Positions 38,544-49,534 of a stretch of DNA of 64,000 nucleotides are shown here, piece after piece. The notes under the pieces were generated by a model, which saw nothing but the letters and a program-made list of their open reading frames with translations, was not told where the DNA came from and searched no databases. The first letter of the stretch is position 1. Each line of letters begins with the position of its first letter. A program made the position numbers and the translations under genes. This stretch comes from Minisyncoccota bacterium (GTDB lineage: Bacteria > Patescibacteriota > Minisyncoccia > UBA6257 > GWB1-50-10): NCBI GenBank assembly GCA_041664385.1, contig JBAYKY010000001.1:367-64366 (forward strand). Reading direction: 5' to 3'.

Positions 38544-39269
38544 ATGCATATTGTCGATCGTTTAGGCGTCTGGCTCACAAATATCTATCGCTTCATTAAT
38601 AGTGCGTTTCGTGAATCCATTAAACCGTTCGTGCCTGCAGTAAAAGCATGGATGCAACGTCATAAAGAGCGCCGTGAAGATAAGAGAGAGGATCGCATTT
38701 TTCGAATCTTAAATTTTAGAATCATGGGTGAAGAAGTGGTCACTGTACCAAACGTACTTTCAGCACTTCGTCCAATTCTTGCTCTTCTTCTTCTTCCGAT
38801 GCGATACTATGGCGTTCCACTCACCATTACCGCACCAATATTTGCCATAGCATTGCTTACCGACAAATATGATGGGGTATGGGCGGAACAAGATGGACAC
38901 ACAAACTTTGGAGAATTTTTAGATCCGATTTGTGACAAGATTGCTCTTTTTATTCTTGTACTTCCTGATCTTACCCATCTTACTACTTGGATTATTTTGC
39001 CTCTTTTTACAATAGAGCTTGTACTCTTTGTAATTTCTGTAGGAGCTGCGATCTCTATGCATCTCGGGGGACTTAAGAAAAGTACCAATTTAAGCTCAAA
39101 TATCTTTGGTAAGACAAAGTTTACTATGGAATGCGTAGCACTTTGTGCGCTCGCCATTGGATTTGTTGATTTTGCCGGATGGTTCTTTGCAATTGCAATT
39201 CCTTTTGCACTTCTCAGTATTCTGGGAAAAGCAAAAGAACTCATGCGTGCACATTACCACGCCGCATAA
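38544..39269 (+). CDS. CDP-alcohol phosphatidyltransferase family protein
   Basis: DKYDGVWAEQDGHTNFGEFLDPICDK fits the D-x2-DG-x2-A...G-x3-D-x3-D motif; multiple TM helices; the first about 60 aa may be an over-extension. Confidence 0.6.
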   Translation: MHIVDRLGVWLTNIYRFINSAFRESIKPFVPAVKAWMQRHKERREDKREDRIFRILNFRIMGEEVVTVPNVLSALRPILALLLLPMRYYGVPLTITAPIFAIALLTDKYDGVWAEQDGHTNFGEFLDPICDKIALFILVLPDLTHLTTWIILPLFTIELVLFVISVGAAISMHLGGLKKSTNLSSNIFGKTKFTMECVALCALAIGFVDFAGWFFAIAIPFALLSILGKAKELMRAHYHAA

Positions 39270-39336
39270 CATAATATCCCTATTTTGCCACTGGCAAGAT
39301 GGGGATTTTTTTACCCTTTAAAAATAGCTGGGAATC

Positions 39337-40677
39337 TTGCATACTATGGATATGGCTACTATAGAGCCCACATTACCAGGCGGATTCAGGGATTATCTTC
39401 CCGAAGATATGATTCCTCGCCAAAAGATGCTCGATACAATTCGAAAAACATTCGAGCTTTTTGGGTTTGTTCCACTTGATACACCAGGCATTGAGAAAAC
39501 AGAAATATTAACTGGGGGAGATCCTGAATTCAAAAAACAGATATATCGAATTGCTTCGGAGAAAGGGGATGATGAGCTTGCGCTCCGTTTTGATCTTACT
39601 GTGCCATTGGCACGTGTTATTGCCGCGAATGCAGGCACCATTAAACGACCCTTCAAGCGATACCAAATGGGTAAGGTGTGGCGTGGAGAGCGACAGCAAG
39701 CAGGACGCTTTCGTGAATTCATGCAATGTGATGCGGATATCGTAGGCACAGAATCGGTAGCAGCTGATGCAGAAATCATCACGCTTATTAATACGGTGAT
39801 GCGCGCATTAGGCTTTAAACGATTTCTTATTAAAATAAATAATCGAAAAATTTTAAATTGTCTTGCAGAATATGCAAAATTTGATGACAAAAAACTTCCT
39901 GCAGTGTTACGTTCACTCGATAAACTCGATAAACAAGGATGGGGTGATGTAGAAAAAGAACTTATAGAAATTGGTATCACACCAGAAGCAGTAAATGCTA
40001 TTAAAAATTTTATTAATGTGAAGGAAAGTAAATCTCGTGCAAAATTGACCGCATTGCGAGAACTCCTTGTAGGAATCAAAGATGCGGAAGAGGGAATTAA
40101 AGAGCTTGAAATGATTGCATCATATCTTGATGCACTCGGTATATCTGAAGAATCATGGACATTCGATTTCTCGGTTGCTCGCGGTCTCGGTTATTATACA
40201 GGTCCCGTGTTTGAGACAACTCTCCTCGATCTTCCAGAAATTGGTAGCGTATTCTCGGGAGGACGTTATGATGATCTTGTGGCACGCTTCGGCACAATAA
40301 CTATACCTGCAACTGGAGCTTCGATTGGTATTGACCGTCTTTTCGCCGCAATGGAAAAACTAGACCTCATCAAGCAGGAGAAAACAACCGCGCAGGTAAT
40401 TGTTTTGAATTTCGATGAATCGTGTGTCACTAACACATCATCCACCATCACCGCACTACGCTCTGCGAACATCCCCGCAGAATTATATTTTGGTTCAGAA
40501 AAAAATATGAAGGGACAACTTGCCTACGCAGTAAGTGAGGGAATTCCTGTTACTATCATTATCGGAGGAAATGAAAAAGAAAAGGGAACTGCGATGCTGA
40601 AAGATATGAAAAAAAGAACACAAATAGAGATTCCTCAAAAAGAAATAGTACAAAAAGTAAAAGAAATTCTACAATAG
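39337..40677 (+). CDS. hisS: Histidine--tRNA ligase
   Basis: Class II motifs; FRDYLP; RFDLTVPLAR; GGRYDDLVARFG. Confidence 0.9.
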   Translation: MHTMDMATIEPTLPGGFRDYLPEDMIPRQKMLDTIRKTFELFGFVPLDTPGIEKTEILTGGDPEFKKQIYRIASEKGDDELALRFDLTVPLARVIAANAGTIKRPFKRYQMGKVWRGERQQAGRFREFMQCDADIVGTESVAADAEIITLINTVMRALGFKRFLIKINNRKILNCLAEYAKFDDKKLPAVLRSLDKLDKQGWGDVEKELIEIGITPEAVNAIKNFINVKESKSRAKLTALRELLVGIKDAEEGIKELEMIASYLDALGISEESWTFDFSVARGLGYYTGPVFETTLLDLPEIGSVFSGGRYDDLVARFGTITIPATGASIGIDRLFAAMEKLDLIKQEKTTAQVIVLNFDESCVTNTSSTITALRSANIPAELYFGSEKNMKGQLAYAVSEGIPVTIIIGGNEKEKGTAMLKDMKKRTQIEIPQKEIVQKVKEILQ

Positions 40678-40698
40678 AAAATATGCCCCATCTGACTG

Positions 40699-41688
40699 AT
40701 GGGGCTCATTCATATGACACGCGGATTTTGGAAAAAACTTAAAAAACCTTTCTTCGTGCTTGCACCGATGGCTGATGTCACCGATGCAGCATTTCGCCAC
40801 ATCATCGCAAAATATGGAAAGCCTGATGCAATGTGGACAGAATTCGTTTCCTGCGAAGGCCTTTGTTCTCGTGGAAAAGAACGGCTTCTTGTTGATCTAC
40901 AGTACAGCTCAAAAGAGCGTCCTATTGTAGCTCAATTATTTGGATCGAATCCTGAACATATGTACGAATGTGCAAAACTTATTCGCTCACTCAAGTTTGA
41001 TGGGCTTGATATCAATATGGGTTGTCCTGACCGCGCAATTGAAAAGCAGGGTGCAGGCGCTGCACTTATAAAAAATCCCCATCTTGCCGAAGAACTTATT
41101 CGTGCCGCAAAAGAAGGAGCAGGAACAATACCAGTCTCAGTAAAAACTCGTATTGGGTATTCAACAAATACTCTTGAAGAGTGGCTTCCTGTACTCCTTA
41201 AAGCCGAACCAGCCGCAATAACCATTCATGGACGCACACGAAAAGAAATGTCCAAAGTGCCTGCGAATTGGAATGTGATTCACGACGCAGTGTTACTAAC
41301 AAAAAAATATACAAGTGCCATAAAGCGCCCTCTCATTATTGGAAATGGGGATGTAAGGGATATATGTGATGCACGAGAAAAAATAAAGCAATCGGGAGTT
41401 GATGGGGTAATGATAGGACGCGGCATTTTTGGTAACCCTTGGCTTTTTAATAAAAAATATGAGGGAAAAGAAATTCCTCAAGAAAAGCGTTTAAGGGTGC
41501 TCGTAGAGCACGCAAAATATTTCGAAAAAATATTTAAAGATATAAAACGCTTCGAGATAATGAAAAAACATTTCAAGGCATATGCTTCAGGTTTTGATGG
41601 TGCCAAAGAATTACGCGTGCATCTTATGAACACTCATAGCGCAAAAGAAGTTGAGGGGATAATAACGTCCCATCTGTTGACAATATAA
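40699..41688 (+). CDS. dus: tRNA-dihydrouridine synthase
   Basis: VLAPMADVTDAAFR; LDINMGCP catalytic Cys; true start possibly Met at 40714. Confidence 0.88.
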   Translation: MGLIHMTRGFWKKLKKPFFVLAPMADVTDAAFRHIIAKYGKPDAMWTEFVSCEGLCSRGKERLLVDLQYSSKERPIVAQLFGSNPEHMYECAKLIRSLKFDGLDINMGCPDRAIEKQGAGAALIKNPHLAEELIRAAKEGAGTIPVSVKTRIGYSTNTLEEWLPVLLKAEPAAITIHGRTRKEMSKVPANWNVIHDAVLLTKKYTSAIKRPLIIGNGDVRDICDAREKIKQSGVDGVMIGRGIFGNPWLFNKKYEGKEIPQEKRLRVLVEHAKYFEKIFKDIKRFEIMKKHFKAYASGFDGAKELRVHLMNTHSAKEVEGIITSHLLTI

Positions 41689-41794
41689 GCATCTAATGCT
41701 ACAGTAAAAGCCTTACATCGCACCTTTATAACAAGAGAAATAAAGAGAAAACAACAGATGTTCCTTTTATTTCACAATTCATAATCAAGGAGTT

Positions 41795-42037
41795 TTGTTA
41801 ATGGACAGAAAAAAAGATTTCACTCCCAACACCCTAGTAGTATGGGATAAGGAATATACACATTTCCAATCGATAGAGGATTCCGCCAAAAAATCAGGTG
41901 ATGGACCCTTTATCGTAACAAAAATTGAAGATGTAAATCCTGCGGGCCAAGAAAGTGCAGGACACCACCAATTTGTGAGTATTGATATAAAGGGAAAAAT
42001 CAAAAAATTTTCAGGGGCCTATCTTGTTCGTTATTAG
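41795..42037 (+). CDS. Hypothetical small protein
   Basis: ORF with a downstream palindromic hairpin. Confidence 0.4.
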   Translation: MLMDRKKDFTPNTLVVWDKEYTHFQSIEDSAKKSGDGPFIVTKIEDVNPAGQESAGHHQFVSIDIKGKIKKFSGAYLVRY

Positions 42038-42136
42038 AACAAAAAAGAACCTGTATGATTCTCTTATAAAAGACCCCGCATATGCGGGGTCCATTTCTTG
42101 TTATTCTCATAAAGAAAGGTGATACTATAAAAGCAA

Positions 42137-42838
42137 ATGCGCATACAGAAATACTTTTCGGAACAAAAAATACTCTCCCGTCGAGAGACTGAGGACTTCA
42201 TCCTGAAGGGTTTTATTACCGTAAATGGGAAGGTAGTAAAAGAATTAGGTACTCAAATTGATCCTACAAAAGACAAAGTAGAGATTATTGAAGCGGCAAA
42301 ACCAACACTCGGCAAGAAAATTACGATCGCGTTTCACAAACCGCGGGGCATTGTGGTTTCAAAAATTAAGGAAGAAGGACCAACAATATTTGATCTTCTC
42401 CCTCAATTTACATACTTAAATGCAGTAGGACGTCTTGATAAAGAAAGTGAAGGACTCATTCTTCTTTCTAACGATGGTGCAGTTACTGCTACCGTCACAG
42501 GGACAGAACATCTTGTAGAAAAGGAATATGAGGTGGAAGTAAGTGAACCCGTAAATGCGGGAAAATTAAGGAAGATGGAAGAGGGAATTATGCTTGTGGA
42601 TGGAAAGACACTTCCCGCAAAAACATATCGTTTGAGTCCTACCTCATTTCATATTGTGTTACGGGAAGGAAGGAAACATCAGATACGTCGTATGTGTGCC
42701 GCACTTCGCCTTACTATTATCCGCTTGAAACGTATCCGTATTGGCACTATCCTTCTTAAAGGAATTGATTCTGGAAAATATCGAGAATTAACCGAAAAAG
42801 AAGTGGCCTCTCTTAAAAAAGGGTCGCCAGTCAAATAA
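42137..42838 (+). CDS. Pseudouridine synthase, RsuA/RluB family (S4 domain + catalytic domain)
   Basis: S4-like N-terminus; GRLDKESEGLILLSNDG catalytic Asp motif. Confidence 0.85.
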   Translation: MRIQKYFSEQKILSRRETEDFILKGFITVNGKVVKELGTQIDPTKDKVEIIEAAKPTLGKKITIAFHKPRGIVVSKIKEEGPTIFDLLPQFTYLNAVGRLDKESEGLILLSNDGAVTATVTGTEHLVEKEYEVEVSEPVNAGKLRKMEEGIMLVDGKTLPAKTYRLSPTSFHIVLREGRKHQIRRMCAALRLTIIRLKRIRIGTILLKGIDSGKYRELTEKEVASLKKGSPVK

Positions 42839-42857
42839 AAAAATCTATACTATATAT

Positions 42858-43691
42858 ATGAGAGAATTTGGACGAAATGAGGATAAGATATTTGAAACTA
42901 TCACAATTGATCAAGGATTCAAGAAAGCAAAGAAATTTCTTGATGAGGCGGCTATTAAACCACGTTCATTTGCAGACCTTTATGGAGAGGATTCAGTAAA
43001 AGAAGATGAACTCTATGTAGAGAAGATGGAAGCAGAATTTGAACGAGGACATTCATCAGAAACAAGGGAAGTGCAAAAATTGGCAACAATCTTTGAAGCA
43101 ATTGTTCATGATAATGCTGATATGAGCGAGTGGTTTGGCAGCGGCGCAGAAGCAATAAAACCCCCGCGTTTTGACGATATTAAAAATGGCGTAGACACTA
43201 TTGTAGAAATCCAGGAAGATGAGCGTTCCGCATCACATCTTGGTCTTGCAATAGATGCGACATTTAGTCAGGATATGGAAAAGAAATTTACGCGCATTCG
43301 AAAAGAGATTGATGGAGGACAACTTGCAAAAGTAAAATACTTTCAATCCGAACATCTCAGTATTCGAGGAGAACTAAGCAACCTCCCACGCGTTATTATT
43401 GGTGTAGATGCAAAAACCATTAAGGAATTAAATGAGCTATGGCTCGAGGGTAAGAAACGTGAACTTGGAAAACATCCTGTTCAATTTCAAATCCTCGAGG
43501 AAATTATAATGCAACTTGAGGGATTTCGCCGTTATGCAGAAGAAAGAAATCAAAAAGAGCTTGCGATTATTTATGGGTCAACAAGATCGCTTATTGCGGA
43601 TATTCTCTCTAAAAAACATCATGAAATACATGATACTGGAGAACGTGATCAAGTCTATTATGCGATTCAGAGCAATTTGAGTGCGTTTTAA
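42858..43691 (+). CDS. Hypothetical protein (277 aa)
   Basis: ORF; no recognised motif. Confidence 0.45.
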   Translation: MREFGRNEDKIFETITIDQGFKKAKKFLDEAAIKPRSFADLYGEDSVKEDELYVEKMEAEFERGHSSETREVQKLATIFEAIVHDNADMSEWFGSGAEAIKPPRFDDIKNGVDTIVEIQEDERSASHLGLAIDATFSQDMEKKFTRIRKEIDGGQLAKVKYFQSEHLSIRGELSNLPRVIIGVDAKTIKELNELWLEGKKRELGKHPVQFQILEEIIMQLEGFRRYAEERNQKELAIIYGSTRSLIADILSKKHHEIHDTGERDQVYYAIQSNLSAF

Positions 43692-43709
43692 TACCAGTAG
43701 GAAATTATC

Positions 43710-44606
43710 GTGATAAACATAAAAAAACTTTTTATACTTTCCACTATTGCCTTTCTCATAGTGGCATACTTTTTCTCTTTAAAAACAGACACTCTCGTAG
43801 AAAGAGGTGAGATGTCGGTTACTCTTATTGGTGCGGGAGATATTGCTGATTGTGCCCGTGATACCGATGAAAAAACAGTAAAACTTCTTGAACGCTTCCC
43901 CTCAAGCACCGTCTTCACGACGGGTGATAATGTGTATCCAGTAGGAACTGTGGAGGCTTATTCACAATGTTATGGGCCTTCATGGGGCAAGGTCAAAGCA
44001 CGCACGCGGCCATCACCAGGGAACCACGACTACATACAAGGAACTGATAGTTATTTCTCATACTTTGGTGAAAACGCAGGAGAAAAAGGAAGGGGATATT
44101 ATAGTTATAATCTTGATAGCTGGCATATTGTGATGCTCGATAGCGAATGTATAAATGGATGCGGTACAACCTCATCTCAGTATGAATGGCTAGAGAACGA
44201 TCTCAAAACTGCTCACGCCGCGTGCACAATAGCAATGTGGCACCATCCAGTATTTAGTTCTGGCATGCATAGTAATTCTGGACGCGCCCGTAATCTTTGG
44301 AATCTCCTTTATGATTACAGTACAGAAATTGTAGTAAATGGACATGATCATATTTACGAACGATTTGCGCCACAAAATAAAAATGGACAGACAGATTTCC
44401 AAGGAATTCGCGAATTTATAGTAGGCACTGGCGGAAAAGATCTTTATACTGTCACTGCCGTTCAACCAAATAGCGAAGTAAGAAATACAGAAACGTTTGG
44501 TGTTATAAAATTTGACCTTAAACCTAAATCATATTCATGGGAATTTATTCCAATTGAGGGATCGACATTTACGGATAAGGGGCAGGGGGATTGTTACACC
44601 CGATAA
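43710..44606 (+). CDS. Secreted calcineurin-like metallophosphoesterase
   Basis: N-terminal TM/signal; GDNVY, GNHDY, NGHDHIYER metallophosphatase motifs. Confidence 0.8.
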   Translation: MINIKKLFILSTIAFLIVAYFFSLKTDTLVERGEMSVTLIGAGDIADCARDTDEKTVKLLERFPSSTVFTTGDNVYPVGTVEAYSQCYGPSWGKVKARTRPSPGNHDYIQGTDSYFSYFGENAGEKGRGYYSYNLDSWHIVMLDSECINGCGTTSSQYEWLENDLKTAHAACTIAMWHHPVFSSGMHSNSGRARNLWNLLYDYSTEIVVNGHDHIYERFAPQNKNGQTDFQGIREFIVGTGGKDLYTVTAVQPNSEVRNTETFGVIKFDLKPKSYSWEFIPIEGSTFTDKGQGDCYTR

Positions 44607-44671
44607 TAACGAATTACAAACAAAAAGAGCCACTATGTAATGAGCGGCTCTTTTTGGATAACGAAATAGTA

Positions 44672-44896
44672 TTACATCTTTGGCATCTCAGGCGCCGTGC
44701 ACATCTTACAGTCTTTTTTGTGACCAAAAAGAATAACAAGCGCAGAAACACCAACGAGTACATAAATAATTCGAGAAATAATATTTGCCTGACCACCAAA
44801 TATTTCTCCAATATCCCATCCCGCAAGTCCAACCGCCAACCAATTTAATCCTCCTATTACAAGAAGAGTAAATGAAATTCCATGTAATGCTTTCAT
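44672..44896 (-). CDS. DUF378-family small membrane protein
   Basis: GGLNWLAVGLAGWDIGEIFGG is characteristic of DUF378. Confidence 0.6.
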   Translation of the reverse strand: MKALHGISFTLLVIGGLNWLAVGLAGWDIGEIFGGQANIISRIIYVLVGVSALVILFGHKKDCKMCTAPEMPKM

Positions 44897-45032
44897 ATCG
44901 ATTTTATTTTTTAAAGATTTGCGACCTTTTCTTTATTATACCACTCGCATGTTCCCATAATAGAGCTATGAAAAGTGTCCTAAATCAGGTGGACTGGTAA
45001 TTTTCCAAAATATCTGTTATAGTAGGCCAGAT

Positions 45033-46376
45033 ATGACAAACGCCGATAAAAGCTTCTCCGGACTTGGTATTTCTCCAGACATTCTTGGTGTCCTTGCAAA
45101 ACTCAATTTTAAAATTCCTACACCTATTCAAGAGCAATCTATTCCTATTGCCATAGAAGGAAAGGATGTTATGGGAATTGCACAAACAGGAACAGGAAAA
45201 ACGCTTGCATTTGGTATTCCTATGTTGCAGCGTGTTATTATTGAGAAAAAACTTGGTCTTATTGTAGTGCCCACGCGCGAACTCGCACTTCAAGTAAGTG
45301 AGGCACTCGATGCGGTAGGTGGACCACTTGGCATTAAAACTGCAACTATCATTGGCGGTGAACCAATGCCACGTCAATTACGTGCACTTTCAAGACATCC
45401 TCATATTGTGATTGGTACTCCGGGACGCATTATTGATCATATTGAGCGCAGAACGCTTGATCTTCGCAATGTGGGTATCCTTATTCTTGATGAAGCTGAC
45501 CGCATGCTTGATATGGGATTTGAACCACAATTAAAACAGATTCTTTCTGTTATTCCTCACGAGCGACAAACGATGCTTTTTTCTGCAACAATGCCTGATG
45601 AAATTATGAGTATTGCGCGCACTCATATGAAACTTCCAATTCGTATTGAAATTGCGCGTGCAGGAAGCACTGCAAAAGATGTGACCCATGAGCTTTTTAT
45701 TGTGGCACAGGAAGATAAATCGCGTCTCTTAGAAAAACTTCTCCAAGAATATCGTGGATCAGTACTTGTCTTTTCTCGTACAAAGCATAGTGCAAAACGA
45801 ATTGCGGCAATCGTTCGTTTTATTGGACACACAGGCGCAGAAATACACTCAAACCGTTCACTCGCACAACGTCGCGATGCTCTTGAAGGATTTAAACAAG
45901 GACGTTATCGCGTGCTTGTTGCAACCGATATTGCCGCGCGTGGTATTGATGTGACAAATATAGAACTCGTTATTAACTATGACCTTCCTGAAAACGCGGA
46001 GGATTATGTACATCGTATTGGCCGCACGGGACGCGCAGGATTAAGTGGACACGCCATTTCATTTGCACGACCAAACCAAAGTGGTGATGTGCGCGCTATT
46101 GAACGACTTATTCGTTCAGCGCTTCCTGTCTCAAAACTTCCGGAATTACCTCGCGCCCTTCCTGCGGCAAGAACGGGGATACCGCCTGAACGTGAAGAAC
46201 GTCGCGGACGCTCAGGAGGATTCTCGCGCTCAGGGAGAGGCCATTCGCACTCCTCATCTCCTTCACGATTTACATCCTCCCGTTCAGCACCACACTCTCC
46301 TTCGTCAGAAGGAGGAAAAGCAAAACCACGATTTAGAAGTCGAGGCCCGCGCCCTATGCGTTCATTTGGGCGATAA
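45033..46376 (+). CDS. DEAD-box ATP-dependent RNA helicase
   Basis: Q-motif; AQTGTGKT; DEAD; SAT; HRIGRTGRAG; Arg/Ser-rich C-terminal tail. Confidence 0.9.
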   Translation: MTNADKSFSGLGISPDILGVLAKLNFKIPTPIQEQSIPIAIEGKDVMGIAQTGTGKTLAFGIPMLQRVIIEKKLGLIVVPTRELALQVSEALDAVGGPLGIKTATIIGGEPMPRQLRALSRHPHIVIGTPGRIIDHIERRTLDLRNVGILILDEADRMLDMGFEPQLKQILSVIPHERQTMLFSATMPDEIMSIARTHMKLPIRIEIARAGSTAKDVTHELFIVAQEDKSRLLEKLLQEYRGSVLVFSRTKHSAKRIAAIVRFIGHTGAEIHSNRSLAQRRDALEGFKQGRYRVLVATDIAARGIDVTNIELVINYDLPENAEDYVHRIGRTGRAGLSGHAISFARPNQSGDVRAIERLIRSALPVSKLPELPRALPAARTGIPPEREERRGRSGGFSRSGRGHSHSSSPSRFTSSRSAPHSPSSEGGKAKPRFRSRGPRPMRSFGR

Positions 46377-46440
46377 TCAAATGTGCGCTAGAAAAAACTC
46401 CCAAGATATGGGAGTTTTTGATTTCTCTTCTTCCTCGTAT

Positions 46441-47946
46441 TTATGCACCCTTTTCAAGATCAACTATCTCATCAATGCGAATCTGCTTAATAAACTCAGG
46501 CACGTGACTTACAAGTATCATCGCTCCATCATATTTATTGAGAGCTGCCGCAATGATAGGAAGATGACGAAAATTGATATGATTCGTCGGCTCATCAAGG
46601 ATAAGTAATCCGGGACGCTGTAAGACAAGTCGTGCAAATGCCACGAGTCCTTTTTGGCCTTCTGATAAGCTACCAATCTTTTTCCTCATAATATCCTCAT
46701 CAATTAAAAATCCTGCTGCAGTAGAACGAAGATAATCTTCGGTCATGTTTTCTGTGACAGATACAAGTGATTGATATACCGTATCTTCAAAATTCAATGT
46801 TGAGAAATCCTGGCGATAATATCCTACACGGATACCCTCAGTAATAGTAGCTCCCTTATGATGTTCGCTCGCAAGTGATTCAAGAAGAGTACTTTTCCCG
46901 ATGCCATTAGGCCCCACAAGCAAAAGATGCTGATTCTTCTTAAGAGATATCTTTGCCTTATGTACAGTTGGTTTATGATTCTTAAATACAGAATATGATG
47001 AAATATGAATAATCTCTCCCGTAACATCTGCTTGAGAGGGTATTACAAAAGGACGAATTGTTTTATCTTCCTTTCGTACATCAACCATTGATTCCTGCAT
47101 TTCTTCAGCCTTTTCGCGCATTTTCTTTGCAACCAATCGCATTTGCCCTCCTTTATGTGCAAAGAAGTTCGCCTTATCCTTATTTGCTTGAATTTCTTTT
47201 GCAAGAAGTGCATTTTTTCTATTTTCCCTTTCTACGCGTGCGGTAATCTGTGCTACCACATCAAAATAGTCACCCATATACTGTTCAACTTTCTTTGTAA
47301 AAATATCGAGATAAAGAACCCCTTGAGTAAACGCGTTCAAAAAATCTGCATCATGAGAAATAACAATGCACGTTTTTTTATATTCAATAAGAAACTTGGT
47401 GAGATGAGCAATACCCGCCTTATCAAGATTATTAGTTGGCTCATCAAGGAGAAGAAGGTCAGGATTCTGAATAAGTGCGGAAGCAAGAAGGAGACGAGCC
47501 TGTTGGCCGCCAGAGAACGATTTCATAATTCTGTCGTGGGGCGCCTGAAGGTTTACCACTTCAAGAACTTCATCAATAAGAGGGTCAATATTATAAACCT
47601 TCTTATCAAAACATTTTTCAAAAAATTCCCGTACGGTAAGTTGCATGTCAGCCCGAGGAATAACCTGAAGAGCCGTTGCAATCGTAAGCCCCTTTGCTTT
47701 ATGAATTGCTCCTGCTTCTGGTTGGAGAGCTCCTGTAATAAGTTGAAAAATGGTACTTTTCCCTGCACCATTTTGGCCCATAAGAGTGAATTTCCATCCG
47801 TCGCGTAATGAAAAACTCGCCTCATTTAAAATCGGTGCTTGGTGACCAAAATCAAAGGAAACTCCATCGAATCGCAATATAACCTCATTTCTTGACATAG
47901 AAACTATAGAATACCTCATTTCACTGAATTTGGAAAGAGCTGGCAA
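46441..47946 (-). CDS. ABC-F family ATPase (tandem ABC domains, no TM domain)
   Basis: Two Walker A motifs (GQNGAGKST, GPNGIGKST) and two signature motifs (LSGGQQARL, LSEGQKGLV) with an inter-domain linker. Confidence 0.88.
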   Translation of the reverse strand: MPALSKFSEMRYSIVSMSRNEVILRFDGVSFDFGHQAPILNEASFSLRDGWKFTLMGQNGAGKSTIFQLITGALQPEAGAIHKAKGLTIATALQVIPRADMQLTVREFFEKCFDKKVYNIDPLIDEVLEVVNLQAPHDRIMKSFSGGQQARLLLASALIQNPDLLLLDEPTNNLDKAGIAHLTKFLIEYKKTCIVISHDADFLNAFTQGVLYLDIFTKKVEQYMGDYFDVVAQITARVERENRKNALLAKEIQANKDKANFFAHKGGQMRLVAKKMREKAEEMQESMVDVRKEDKTIRPFVIPSQADVTGEIIHISSYSVFKNHKPTVHKAKISLKKNQHLLLVGPNGIGKSTLLESLASEHHKGATITEGIRVGYYRQDFSTLNFEDTVYQSLVSVTENMTEDYLRSTAAGFLIDEDIMRKKIGSLSEGQKGLVAFARLVLQRPGLLILDEPTNHINFRHLPIIAAALNKYDGAMILVSHVPEFIKQIRIDEIVDLEKGA

Positions 47947-48001
47947 GAGAAGAATCAGCTAACGCAATAAAGAAAACAATATTGTATAATGACAACAATA
48001 C

Positions 48002-48469
48002 ATGTTCACAGAAAAAGCAACCGAGAAAATAAAGAAGGAAGCAAAAGAATATCTCCAGAGTGAAAAACTTGCAGTTTTATCAACGGTCTCTCCTGAAGGA
48101 AAACCTCAATCTGCCACCGTTCTCTATCTTTTTGATGATGATTATAATTTTTTCTTTGTAACCCGTAATGATACACAGAAAGCGGAAAACCTTTCTACAA
48201 ATAATAATGTATCCATTGTGGTGGGCGCACAACTAGGCCCAGTTACCATGCAAATGAGTGGGGCTGCAATACTTTTATCACCTATAGAGCAAAAAGAATT
48301 TATCTATAAACTTTCTAAAAATGCGGAGTTGAAGCAGCTTTATTATGGACCCTTCCTCAACTTAGAAGGTATTAACTTTTCTCTTTATCGAGTGGCTATC
48401 ACATGGGCACGGTGGTTAAAAATTGATATCGAAAAAAAGAAAGAAGTCTATTATCAAATCATTCCTTAA
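48002..48469 (+). CDS. Pyridoxamine 5'-phosphate oxidase-like FMN-binding protein
   Basis: Split-barrel PNPOx-like N-terminus KLAVLSTVSPEGKPQSATVLYLFDDD. Confidence 0.65.
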   Translation: MFTEKATEKIKKEAKEYLQSEKLAVLSTVSPEGKPQSATVLYLFDDDYNFFFVTRNDTQKAENLSTNNNVSIVVGAQLGPVTMQMSGAAILLSPIEQKEFIYKLSKNAELKQLYYGPFLNLEGINFSLYRVAITWARWLKIDIEKKKEVYYQIIP

Positions 48470-48505
48470 GCAAAGTAATTAAAAACGCATTATATATGCG
48501 CTTTT

Positions 48506-49114
48506 TTGTTCCTTAGTGATAGAATAACCACAATGCATACAGACGAAGAGCTTGTACGCGCATACCTAAGTGGCGACACAACAGCATTTTCTCATCTTGT
48601 TGAACAATATACCAATTACATATACAACTTTGTTCGACGTTTTATTACACAAAAAAACGACGCGGAAGATATAACTCAAGAAATATTTATAAAAGCATGG
48701 AAACACCTCTCATCATTTGATGAAACTCGCTCATTCAAAACGTGGCTTTTTACTATTGCAAAAAATACAACATTTGATTACATACGACGGAAACGCGAAA
48801 TACTTTTTTCTGATATTGAGGATGTGCATGGTGAGTATTGGATAGAAGAATCAATTGAAGATTCAGCACCACTTCCCATAACACTCTTCGAAAGAAAAGA
48901 AGTGAGTGAATTCATAGCGAACGCGCTTCAAAAACTTCCTATTCATGAGCGCACCATCCTTATTCTCTATTACCAAAATGAATTTACATTTGAAGAGATC
49001 GCAAAAATTCTTAGAAAACCAATGAATTCAGTAAAAAGCACCCACTTTCGAGCTCTTAAAAAACTTAAATCTTCTCTTGTGCACCAAAATGCAATTGAAA
49101 AACGTATTACATAA
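48506..49114 (+). CDS. ECF-type RNA polymerase sigma factor
   Basis: Sigma region 2 (ITQEIFIKAWKHLSSFDETRSFKTWLFTIAKNTTFDYIRRK) and region 4 HTH (FTFEEIAKILRKPMNSVKSTHFRALKKL). Confidence 0.85.
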   Translation: MFLSDRITTMHTDEELVRAYLSGDTTAFSHLVEQYTNYIYNFVRRFITQKNDAEDITQEIFIKAWKHLSSFDETRSFKTWLFTIAKNTTFDYIRRKREILFSDIEDVHGEYWIEESIEDSAPLPITLFERKEVSEFIANALQKLPIHERTILILYYQNEFTFEEIAKILRKPMNSVKSTHFRALKKLKSSLVHQNAIEKRIT

Positions 49115-49529
49115 TATGGAGCACGAATATAAAAGGCTTTTTGCTTACCTAAAGCAAGAGGTTCCTTCCAAAGGATTGGTCGATCGTATTATCGCAACAG
49201 CTGCATATAAGAATAAAAAAAGGGCACAAGTAAAACTTATCTACAATGCTTTTATATTTGCTCTCTCAATAGTGTTATTTATTCCCGCCATTCAGTATCT
49301 CGGAAGAGAAGCTACGCAGTCAGGATTCTTCCAATATGGTTCACTTATGTTTTCTGATGGAACAGTGATTGCTGTGTTTTGGAAAGAATTGAGCCTTTCA
49401 CTTGCAGAATCATTTCCAGTGTTTGGGTCACTCGCTACACTCTCTGTAGGTTTTGCGTTTCTTTTTGCATTGCGAGGCATAATTACCAATAAAGTGGGAC
49501 TTGTTGCATCACATCATCAATTTAATTAA
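49077..49529 (+). CDS. Putative anti-sigma factor (membrane protein)
   Basis: Overlaps the 3' end of the ECF sigma gene; contains a TM segment; position-based call. Confidence 0.4.
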   Translation: MCTKMQLKNVLHNMEHEYKRLFAYLKQEVPSKGLVDRIIATAAYKNKKRAQVKLIYNAFIFALSIVLFIPAIQYLGREATQSGFFQYGSLMFSDGTVIAVFWKELSLSLAESFPVFGSLATLSVGFAFLFALRGIITNKVGLVASHHQFN

Positions 49530-49534
49530 CTAGT

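Noticed and set aside
40685-40706. Hairpin GCCCCA-TCTGACTGA-TGGGGC after hisS as a terminator
   Set aside because: No downstream T-run, and it overlaps the probable 5' end of dus; more likely hisS and dus are co-transcribed.
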